A DNA stretch of 64,000 bases. Source: Phoronis australis. Lineage: Eukaryota; Animalia; Phoronida. The notes beneath the pieces are model-generated. The model ran no database searches, was not told the origin of the DNA, and worked only from the letters and a program-made list of their open reading frames with translations. Position 1 is the first letter of the stretch. Each line of letters opens with the position of its first letter. The translations under genes were made by a program, and so were the position numbers. The stretch spans positions 191,555-255,554 of the forward strand of contig NMRA01000273.1 in the NCBI GenBank assembly GCA_002633005.1, written 5' to 3'. Positions 25,986 to 37,600 of the stretch are shown here, in pieces.

Positions 25986-28900
25986 TCTCATGAGAATTTC
26001 AGCTCCCAAAACATGTGCTACTCACTTAGTATATTGACAGTTTCAATGACAGCGACAGGGAAATGCCGACTCTCTACTGAAGGAGACCTGTAATGGTTCT
26101 CTTGGCTCTAGTTCTTTCTGATATATTTGTCCTTGCATGCAAAAATGTTGAGGTTGTGAGTGAATCAACGGCATGGATTAATGCTCTTCTCAGATCTTTC
26201 AAAAGCATTGTTAAAGCCCAATAATCAGCTAGACACCTACCCGATGATTTCTGAGTTTGCCTTGTGGTGGTGCTAATGTGTTCTGTTTAGTTTAGTTGTG
26301 CCTCAAGTTCTGTGAACAACATGTGTCACTCCACCTGCCACTTGTCTCTTGGACCGCTAAACTTTACCATCTTGCTGCTTGAAACTCACTTCCTGGGTTC
26401 TAATCTCATCTGCAAAACCTCAGACTTCGCATGGGATTCATGTCAAAGTTTTTTTACTGTAAAGTTTTGGGTTGGAGAAAAAGTGTTAAGATTCTATCCA
26501 CTGACAAGTGTATGGCTGTTTGATCAAATCCAGTGATCTAGTTGCTTGCTCTAGGGCCTGCAACTGCAAGACAAGTTGTTCATACAACCTGTTATTAAGA
26601 GGCTTCAGGATGTCTGCATTATGGACTGCCAAGGAAAGTTCTGAGTGTCCTGTCCTGCATGGGGGTCGCAGCACTGAAAAAAGTGGGGGGCAGCCCCCCA
26701 GCCCCCCTATGGTGCGCCGCCCATTTCCTGTCATTGCTCATGAAGTCATTTCTCACCAATGCTTCTTTCATTAAATGGGGTGGATTGTACAAAATATAAG
26801 TATTGTCCGTGTACAAAAAAGCTGTTATTCATGCTGTTTAAGTTTGGAAATGTTTTTCTTAGTGGTCCATAGTCTGGGACCCTGAGATGAAAAAATTCAA
26901 ATCAAGACGCCAACTTAAAACTCAGGATTTTTCACTCTTACAAATATGAGATGCTATTCTACACTTGATGGCACAACATGAACGTTTGAGTTCAACGTCA
27001 AATATGCTGAATGTGAGCTTGATTTGAGATGAAATTCGAGTTTGGAATCACTAATTGGCTTATTGTCCCTAATGTCAGTAGGGTCATGTAGCATTTTTAT
27101 CAACATTTAACTAAACGTCCAATCCACTTCTACAGAAAGGGTGGAATTGGAAGAACCCTAGCCAGCCAATTCCTGGCCACCCATGTGAATACAACTGTGA
27201 TGATTAAGAGTCACCCCTCCTCAGTAGGCTGTGATAAAACTTCAGCTTTCAACAAGTGGTTTTTATCACACTCTATTTTTAACTACCCCTGCCTCTGGCC
27301 CTGCATGGCAAGTTTGCCTAGATAACATTTTATTGTTTCTGCAGTCTAGTCAGTCTGCTGTCAGGCCATTCAGTTGACCACAAGTTTGGCCATGTTTCTG
27401 CTGAAAATATCAACACAGCTTGTCGTAAAGACAACTGTTGCCAAATGTCAGGCTGTAAACGCTTGCATTTAACTGAAGTAATAGTAAGCTTGAGTGTTTA
27501 TCCGGTCTTGTCTTTCTTGAAGTTGCCCTGTTATTGACTGCAATAAAACAGCAGCATGGGTGTTTTATCCTTTGCCAGGAAGATTTTAAAGCTGTGAGAT
27601 GGGCATGTTGTTTTCAGTTCAAAGGAAAACTGCGTTTGATTATTTTGTGCCTATGTTTGTGTGTCCAGCCACCAGAGGCATGGTAATTAATTAAATTATG
27701 TTTATCAGTTATGCAATGTATAAAAGAGAGAGGATTTTAGGGCTTTTTGTAAGCAACTGATATTTTCACTGTTACAGTCCAATTTTGCAAAATCATCACA
27801 TTTACATTGTTCAAGGCATTTTACTTAACTTATCTGTATATGTATTACGGTAACTAATTTCTGCATTTATTTATTCACTTACATGGAGTAAAACTGACAT
27901 GAGTGGGATCCAAGTGGATAGACAGAGTTTATCAGGATTAGGCAAAATCTGACTTATCTGAAGAACAGAATATGTAATAGATTGACTGGAACAAACAGGC
28001 ATGGAACTTGTATGAGTTAAGCTAAGGTTTGACTTGTGTGCATGTGAATAAAAAATTTTTACTGATTTTCTTTATTTACTACCTTTCATTTGCTACATTC
28101 CTGAGACCTTTCCAGTGATTCAAAAACACAGTGACTGCGGAGTTATACTGTTTCTATGCCACCCTTTTTGCTCAAAGGTTTTATCTTGAGTTTTTGAAAA
28201 AGAAGATGTTATTTTAAAGTTTACTACAATCATTGTGGCAAGATTAAGTTTGCCACCCCCGTTTTACAACAACATTCTTTCTAAGTTCAAAACCTTTATA
28301 TCTGGCAGTTAAGACCATACGTGCTATGCTTCTAATATGGTCTCCCAGAGATGTAGATTAACTTAATTTGCCTCCTAATGAATGTAGGTTAACAGCCAGC
28401 AAACACTTTTTGAACGGTGATGAAACTAAGTGGAATTACCAGGACCAGAAGTAAACCCAGAGACTTCCACGCATGGACAGTGCATGCATCATTTTGTGCA
28501 GGTTTTAGTTTTGGTCCCGTTTGTTTTGTAAGCAAGTCTTAGCTCTGAGCCCTGTGTGCTGACTGTTACACCCCTGCAATACCACACCGTCCTGAACTGA
28601 ACTTTTCCTCTTTTTGGAGGAGGGGGTAGAAAAATGCATTATATTATTGGACTGATTCTGGGCTTGAAAGGGATAATGTAGATGGTAGAGTGGCTTAGAA
28701 TTTTGCTTACTGATTGTAAGCCCTGGGTGTCTTCATACACAATAGGCCTGAATTACAAGGCCAGTGAAAGCAGTTCTTTATGAGCCCAGCTGTTAGTCAT
28801 ACAACTGTCCCAGTTCGACAGCTTAACAAAGGGTTTATGGTTTTGATTGAGAAGATAATTGTTTCGTTACCCCTTATGGATTCTGAATAGTCCAGACCCG

Positions 28901-29843
28901 AAGGTAATTTTTGTTGTGCCTGGCGTGTTTAGAAAGCAGGTGTAGAGAACTACGTTGCACATAGCCCTGTTCGTCAATGCAAAAGTGAAACCTTTTATCA
29001 GCACACGTACGAAGATGATGGGGGGAATTTACGACAAATAGGCCCATGCATAGATATTTGGAAAATGACCTTTTAGAAATGTCAAATGAAACCGAATATT
29101 TGGCCGTGTATATTTTTTGGAAATGGGAGGCTTATTTTTGAAAACTAACTCATTAAAACTGTTTTTCATAGTATGCTAACTCAGTTACCAACAAAGTCGC
29201 CCAATATGTTAAATTATACTCATTTGATTGAAATTGGATCCTAAAATATGTCTTACAAAAATAAACAAAATTTTACATCAAAACATATTACATATGTATT
29301 TTAGAACAGGCCATCAGATTTTCAAAATGTGCTAACAGTTACCAAAAATGCGCGTATGGGTGTGCATATTTTTGAAAGTTACCCGTACAATTGTTTTTAC
29401 TTCTGCAGTTGTGAAGTTGCAACCTGACAGATATTCTTGTGGGTTAATAATTGTTGTATACAGAGTGATGGTATGCTAACTGTGATCGGGGCTGTTGTCC
29501 TGTTGCAATGGTTACAAGACGATATCTCAAGGTGGAAGTCTTGATAAGAACCTACTTTGCCCATGCATGTAAAGGAGTATCCTTGTTGGTGTGGTTACAC
29601 TAGTGCAATTGAGATTATCACTTCAGCCTTTGACACCAGATAGTCTTTATAAAGTCATCTCCACACTAGGAGTTTCTCTAGAATAACTGAGCCAATCAAC
29701 AGAATGTTGGCACTACACAATCTATACCTAGCAACAAATGTGGCACAAAAGGATCAGACACCAGTAAGTATGTAACTGAGCAAACATGCAGCTGTTACTT
29801 AGTTCCACCTTGTCTGCAGGATTGTGTCCACACTACGACTACC

Positions 29844-30245
29844 CTGGGGCAGGTTACGTACCCTAGAACAAGCTACCCTACCTCGATAAGGTGGGGTAAG
29901 TTGCCCCACGTGTTTCAAGTTGCGCCAGCACAGCAAGCATCCACACTACTATCTAAGATATTGACAACTCGTTGGAGGAATAACTCAAAGTGGGAACTGC
30001 TCTTTAGCCTAGATGAGCAGGTGACTGGAAGCATGCCCTCTGGGCATTGCTTGAGTTATCTACATGACAATTCTAGTGCTGGCCACACTAAGGGTTACCC
30101 TAGAAGTTACTCCTGGAGCCAGTTGTCACTACGTTTGGTAGTAGTAGTGTGGAGGCTACTTATGTTGGAGTAACATGACACAGGTGTGACAACATAACCC
30201 ACCTTATCAAGGTGAGGTTATTTGTTCTTGGCTAACTTACCCCAG
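29844..30245. mobile_element. MITE with ~75-bp imperfect TIRs
   Basis: CTGGGGCAGGTTA..AGAACAAGCTACCCTACCTCGATAAGGTGGGGTAAGTTG vs the reverse complement of CAACATAACCCACCTTATCAAGGTGAGGTTATTTGTTCT..TAACTTACCCCAG. Confidence 0.7.
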
Positions 30246-33021
30246 AACAAGTTGTAACTTGGTTGCAAAGGCAAAAGTAATTATGATGTAATCTCACCAA
30301 TTTAGATTACAATGTGATTCACACGTGAAATTTTAATTTTTTAATAAATGATCAGTTACACCAAATAAATGCTATATCATTTTAAAGGTCTATGTCATAG
30401 TATTCCCCTAGAAATTTTGGTCATTCTCAGCAATGTTCGAAGCTTTTGAAAAATAAAAAAAATAAAAACTTGATTATTTTTGTCGGAAATTAGTGATATT
30501 TTAACATACCGGCTGTACACTTGCTCACTTACACACAAACGGGTGTCTGATCATCTTTGCTGCACCATTACATATCTTTTATATGATATAGAGTATGTAG
30601 TATGGATGCTTGGTTGAACAGGGCCAAGTTGTACTAGGGCGAGCTGTTTAGGGTAACTCATAGTGTGCACGTGACTTTTTGATATGATACAAATTAACAT
30701 GGTGCTTGTCTAAGATTCTTCTTGGTTGAACTTCCTCAATAGTGTACATACAGGTTGTTTGTATTTGCACCATGTTACCATTACATCTCATACACAGCTT
30801 TTGTCATTGTTATATGGCAAAATACGCAAAATGCAAAATCGCCCATAGATGGTTCTCTAAATAAACTTCAGCTCTTGGGCTGAGCATTATCTATCTGTTA
30901 TCAGTCGCTTGGTAGATCATGTAAACTGAGTCTTGTGCTAAACACAACAGTACACATTTCCAAAATACAGGTGACAAGTTGACAAAGCTTTGTGAAATTG
31001 CAGCTATTGCGCTGAATTCACTGAATTCCCTTACGGTGTACAGATATTGTTACCCTGTCAGTTTGCACTATGTCAAATGCACTATGTCAAATGCACTGTG
31101 ATGGGTGACAAACAAGTTAGGTTTCAAATTATGATAGCCATTTGCTTGATGTGATAACACAGGCAGATTTGGGAGGGTAGGAACGCCCAATCCCAACATA
31201 ATCAAATGCTTTCGTGTTCATTTATCCTTGGAAACTCTAGTCACTCAGCTTCTCAGCATCCCAGATCTGCCAGTAGGCTGTTAGTGTAAGGATTGGAGGG
31301 TATGTAAATGTCATGTCATAACCACTGGGCTCCCTTATTTTTACCATTGCAATGATCATTCTTGTTGTTATTGTTGCTGGTGCTGATTACACCAGAATCT
31401 CTAGGTACCTATTTGTACCTGGCTATAGCTATGATCTAGAAAAATTGTAACTGTTGAATGAAGCAAGCATTCGGAGAAGTCGGAATTACTGATAGACTGG
31501 CTTGGCTGTTTTTATAATCAACATTTCGTGATTAGTATTCATGTAGTTCACCGACTGCAGTTGACTGAGCACTGGCAGTGAGCAATCAGTTTTCAAATTA
31601 TACATTATTATCTTCCATGTTAAAATGGTCACCATTGTTCTCTTATCTTGTCATCACTCCGGCAGGAATTTCAGACAATAATTTGCCAACAGTGACTATC
31701 CCTAGATCTGCTGTGAATGTTATAATCATCAAAAACCTGCTTTTTTCAGTTCTTGTTGCTAAGAGGCTTAGATGAATTCATTTGATGAAGTAACATCGCT
31801 TAAATTTATTATGGTGTATGGTTTGTTAAATAAATAGGACTTGGGGGCAAGTATACTTTTAAGAATTTTGTTTGTATGTTGTAATGCAAAATTTATGATC
31901 TTTCAAAGGGATGGGACACATATGGTGTCATAGGTGGATTTGGGGAGGGGGGGACAATAGACCCAACAAAACTGAATTGAAAAACAGCTCGGCATGCTAT
32001 TTTTAGGGATACCACAACCATTTACCATTTGGAGGTTGTGGTTGCAACATCCTAAATCTGCCAGTGGCTGATGAGGGGCACTCAATGGACTCTGCTACAG
32101 AGAGATATGAAATGTGTGGATGTTTTACCACCTATGGACCTGCACCACTGGAGGGGGTCATGGTCAGGGTTTTGCTAGGGTAAACTGAGAACAGGTGTTA
32201 CATTGGATCTGCGTAATACTTAATACAGTGTCACTCATAAGCCGCTGCACAAGTTCTTGGTAGATTTGCAGCAGCAATCACCCAGTTCTTAACTTAAAGT
32301 CACACTCCCTTTGCCTTCGGCAGTTTTCAATGAAGAAGCCTGAGCTTTTGAGTTAACCCAATTGTTGTTATCAAATTTCTCTTGTGTTTTAAAAAGCCTT
32401 GTTTTTGGCTAAAACCATACAGAGATACTTAAAAATTTCTTGTTTAAGGTATGATTTTAAAACTTTGAAACGGTCATGTTTGACACCCATTTTTCGGTTT
32501 GTGGGGACAGGGGTACTCAGTTGAGTCAGTTGGACAGGATCTGGATGAGATTTGTTCCACTTGAAAAGACCCCGGGCAGCAGTTACTTCATAACCTTGGT
32601 GTGACCAAACTACCAAACTCCAATTACCTCGGATGCCTATGTGAATTTAATTTCATTTTTATAATATCCTTGTTGTTGAAATCTGGTTTCAGGTTCAGAT
32701 GGCTGTATCGCCGGTAATAGATGAATTTCAGACAGGATTAGATTTGAGCCGATGAGTTTCAAAGGCCTCTACTGCGGCAAGGTGCTGATTTGAAATTCAA
32801 ATCTCTTCAGGATATGAGTTTTAGATGGCTGCCATCCAGCGTCAGTTAACGCTTGCTGTAGCAGGATTAGGGTAAAAAAATAAGATAAAACTTATCAAGC
32901 ATGGCTTAAATGTCAACAACCGAACTTAGTACATGTGCCCTGTCAGACTGAAAGTGATGTTAGTGACAAGTGTTTCATTTACTTAAGGCACTTTCCACTA
33001 GATGTGGCTTGTAGACTAAAA

Positions 33022-33320
33022 GGCCTTTCCCACTAACATGGATGCTTCTGTGTTTAGAGGAGTATGGGTCAGTTGAAATGCATAAATTTGGTCTTCCGAA
33101 GTTAACACCACAAGTTTACTTCGAAATAAAGAAGGTGGATTTAACAGCAGTGTCGACGCGTCTCTATCAAGCTCACCTTCATTTTCCATCGAACTTATCG
33201 ACTGCAGTCAATGTTGTGACAATGGTAATGGTCATATTATGCCATCTTCCGGCAACTTTGATGATGAAAGCATAACCTAGCGATAACTCCGATGGCTGTT
33301 AAGTGTCGAAGCCACAGTAA
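33022..33320. mobile_element. PIF/Harbinger-like MITE family, copy 3 (opposite orientation, partial)
   Basis: GGCCTTTCCCACTAAC...CGAAGTTAAC...GGTGGATTTAACAGCAGTGTCGAC aligns by eye with the reverse complement of 20870-20999. Confidence 0.55.
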
Positions 33321-34460
33321 TGGACAAGGAGTTGTCCGTGCTGGGTAGACAATATTCTCGCCTTATGAATACCTATTATCAGCATTCTTTTCTCATGATT
33401 CAGATTCAGTTATGTTTTAACCATTACATATTTTCTCATTAACCGTGTATGTTCTCCGTACACGTTTGATACATTCAACCAAACACTTACTGAACAGTGT
33501 TGAGCCTGTGCAGCTTGCTATCCCTCAGTCACGAAACAAATAGCGAATAATGTAACAGCCCATTTGTGGTTAGTGAGAGAAGAACTACAGCCATAAAGAA
33601 CTGAATTATGAGAAAAGGATGCGTTGAGAACATCCGTGTGTTAAGAGAGGCTCTGGTTCTACACCTGCCTAGGGGCCGTTCGAAGTACGTAATTCTTCCT
33701 TAGTTTAATACACGATAAGGTGGAACTGGGAAATTTTATTTTATGAAAACTTTTTAATAAAAATAAACAAGAAAAAAAATTTACTTCATTTATTGCACTA
33801 TTTTATGATTGTGTATATCTGTCGTCAACAGGCAAATGATGGAACTGGACCATTGTTAACAATGCTGTGAGTTATTGAAAATCTGAAAAATGGGTATTTT
33901 GGCAATTGTTTTTGTTTGGATTTCAGTTGGTTTAAAACTTATGTACACTGTTATTATAGAATTTTCAATACACTGACGGAGGGTATGTGATGGCACTAAA
34001 GTGTTGCATGTAGAATGGTAGAAATAGTCTTGTATGTGTTTTTGAGTGTCTTTCATCAGATTGCTCCAACAAATGGCCCCAACTCCTACTTAATGTTACT
34101 GTTTCTATGTAGACTGTACTTCGGGAGCAAGTTTTCGGTTATACCAAATTTGTTAAATGCACGACACTTTTCATTGTTCACAGTCTTTATTCCATTGCGT
34201 TCATACTTTCGGAACAAAACTCTACTCTCAACTGAACATGTAGGTAAACCACATTGTAATTACAAGGCGGTAATACCCGACTTTTGAAACAGCAGTGCCA
34301 TATTGAAATTCACTAACCCGCCTGATGGCGATCAGGTCTTTGGTTGACAAGTGTTCAGCGCCACCTACAGATCCCATGTAACACAGATGGGAGGTTTCAA
34401 TCTACTGGTATAAACAGCATTTTAACACCTTTGCTTACTATTATAGTGCTGGCAAATTTT

Positions 34461-34623
34461 CACTGCTCTGCGGTGGGTTGTACCAATGCCTTGGAAACGC
34501 AAACCTTTTGAAATGTCAATTGATGAGCTATGACATCCCGCTCCGTACATTTCCCTCTGCGAAGAAGTATCCACGGAATAAGCCAATGGCTGCTGCTGAT
34601 AAAGCGGGAAAATTTCAATCCCC
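34461..34623 (+). pseudogene. Decayed THAP zinc-finger fragment (probable DNA-transposon relic)
   Basis: HCSAVGCTN, then LRTFPSAKKYP, then (frameshift) QWLLLIKRENFNP: the THAP C-x3-G-C-x-N, FP, W, R..F.P motifs in order. There is an in-frame stop and the final C..H is missing. Confidence 0.6.
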
Positions 34624-37600
34624 GTTGGTGTCAAAAAGCTAAAATAAATTAATGAACTTGAACCTAATCAGACAATGGGAGGGACTGACAGGGGAATTAA
34701 TTGCTGTGCTTTATATTCATGAACCACCATGTAGTAATTGAATTTCTGTTCACTGAATCTGGATCAATCAGATGTCACTTTCCTGCTCTTATTCTAGAGA
34801 GCACCAATATGAAAAGTCCTCCCTCTTGGGGTACAACTTTACTTCTGGTGTCTGGTTATTCTCATGCTTCCAGTGGAAATTTGAAAATTCGCAACAACTG
34901 TACTGAGGTCGTCGAAAGTGTTGTGAATCAGTAAACGTATTCTAATATTCTAATTGCACATGGCTCATCATAATGATTTCTATCATTAACTTGCTTCAGG
35001 TAAAAAAATTATTCGTGTAATCCATAAAAGAAAATGTTTTCTTGGTCCTGGACAAGGTTTTTATGTACCGGTATTTCCTTGGCTGAGACCTTTATCACAC
35101 CAGTTTGCTAGTTTTGGTTGAGTTTGTGTTTCGTTAAGCGTCTAACAAATCATGGCAACTGTGACCCCTCTTGCCTCCCGCCAAGGTGCGCGTGCTCTAA
35201 CTAAATATAGTCGACAACAATGGCTCAAAAAATCAATAGGCTTGGTCAGCACTGTAAACAGTTCTAAACAGAGACAGGTGACGCCACGCAGGGGAACCAT
35301 TCCTCCACACAGGATGTTGGACGGTTCGCATTAGTGGACAGGCTGAAAAACAATTTTTGAATGAACATCGACTTGATCAAATCGCTGTTTTAGCTCGGTG
35401 CAGCGTGCGTGCATTATTGTTGGCAATTGGTTCCAAACTCACCACTGATTGTTACTGGCTGGTCTGCGGTCACGGCTGTCTGATGCGTAACTCGATTCGC
35501 TGGTATGATGTCTTTTTGTTAATTGCATCAGGTTCCCTGTGGTGCGGGTTTATTAACCTGGTTAACTGAGTTTTGGTCCTTCTGGCAAGGTTTGCCTCAT
35601 CTAGTGGTCCCGTAATGTGCAATCTGAACACCTAATGAGATTTCTGAAAAACACTCTGCACGCATGTTTGTGGTTTATGGCGCAGCAGCTGAGTTCAGAA
35701 AAGATGTTCTCTGTGTTTGTAGCCTTGATTTTAGTTGTAACTTAACAGTTGAGGTGCTTAGCTGTGTGTTGAAAATATCCCCCTTCAGTTTGGTATGACT
35801 AACATGTTAGCTTCATGAATTAGTATGAGGCTGCACCCATTGATCAAGTTATTTGTTTGTTTATGACTCAGTTCTCTTCACTTAGAAAAAAATAATTTTA
35901 TAAAAAATCTGAACAAAGCTATATTCATCTTTCATTATTACTTTATGTGTATCGTAAATCTAAAGTCTTTTGCACCCGATTATGGTTTTCTAGTGGTTAT
36001 GTGACCTGTTGTTCTAATTACCATAGCTATTCTGTTTATCACAAATACTCACTCATGCATACACAAACTGATAGTGACTATTCAAAAAATAAAACAATAA
36101 TGGTGGTTCTGTGATTTCTTACTTAGAAATCCATTGTATTTTGGGGTCACTGGCATTCACCTCATTGTTTTTGAGGTTTAATTTGACCAGTTAGGATTTC
36201 ACAATGGATAAACACCTCAGGTAGTGAGCACCCATTCACTTCTGGCTGCAGTCAATAGATTCACTGACTACTAGCAAAGTTTCTATTCATTCCCAACTTT
36301 GTTTATTTACTTTAAGATGTTTTTCTTCTGGGCCTATTACTAACTGAAAGGCCCTTAGATTAATTTTGTTTACTTTCCATCTTTCAGTCGTTGTACATGA
36401 AGAATGGGTCCCCTTGTACAAGTACTTCTGGCTATTCAAATCACCTATAATTGCGACATGCAGGAAGGATATTTACTGAAAGGGTGGCGAGACATCAAGA
36501 CATTTTCACTGGTGAAAAGTGAGACCTGCGGGGGCTTACCTTTGCTCCTTGAACTGTGCATGTCTTCCATAAAATGGTTCCTCAAATATTTGTGCAGGAG
36601 ATGTGCCTCCTATGAAAGTGTTCAAATTCATGACAAACGGAGACATAGCGTTCAAACTTTTAAGTTGTCTGTGGTTGTTCTGTTCTTTTTTGTTTGTAAA
36701 TTGTGAGTTATTCTATAAGGTGTTCATATTGTGATGATTTGTTTTTCTTAAATTTTCTCTTGAGTATTGACCTTTGAAATTAGGCTTCACTTGCTCTTGG
36801 TGTGAAGGAAATTTATTTATTGACTTGCATAATTGCTTTTACCGATCTTTGGATTTGTGTAAGCATGGTCTACACTGGCACAGTGTACCAAAGATGGGTT
36901 GACAGCGAAATCGACATGTTAACCAGCAAAAGCTTGCTTAGGTTTGCCAGTTTTGACAAGTGGCTAAACTCGCCATAACAGTAAAATCCGTGGTCGTGTT
37001 TGCAAAAATTTAGGTAGAGTTTGCCAGTGTAGACTAGAATAATAGATATATTTAGTCCAAACTTAGTTTGTAAATACCTGTTGTTGTGATTGACATCCCC
37101 CATGCTGAGATTCATGCTGTGCTCAAACCAACACTTGAGACCTGTCAAGAAACTGAAAATTGACATTCCGCTAATTTACCATCACTCTAAATACCAGTTG
37201 GAGGGAACTCTTGTAATTTCTAGCATAAGTGGATTGTTTATTTGCTCTTAAAATCACCTTGTTGTTGCTGTAAGGTTTTTACGCGTATTTTTATTTATTT
37301 GGGCTTATCTATTTGATATACTCTGAAGCTTTTTTACTGTCAAGAGAAGTCCAAGAAGGTTCACTTGTGTTTATGTTGTGTCCTCAATAGTAGTTTTGTT
37401 GTGTATGTTAACAGTACTTCACTGTCTTAGATTTAGATGTGGTAGGTAACTTGAAATGAAACCTGTCCAAGTTCAATGTGTCTCTCTTTCTCAATTGTGA
37501 TCTCAGGTGATTATAAATAGTGATGTTTACCTCTGAAATCCTCAGTGATAATGCCAACAGGGGCTGATAAACAAATGCAATTTCAACCCAGCTGATAAAT

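Noticed and set aside
26658-26724. 67-bp GC-rich inverted-repeat insert (CATGGGGGTCGCAGCA...TGGTGCGCCGCCCAT)
   Set aside because: Likely a tiny hAT-type MITE remnant, but TSD not verifiable; too weak to annotate.
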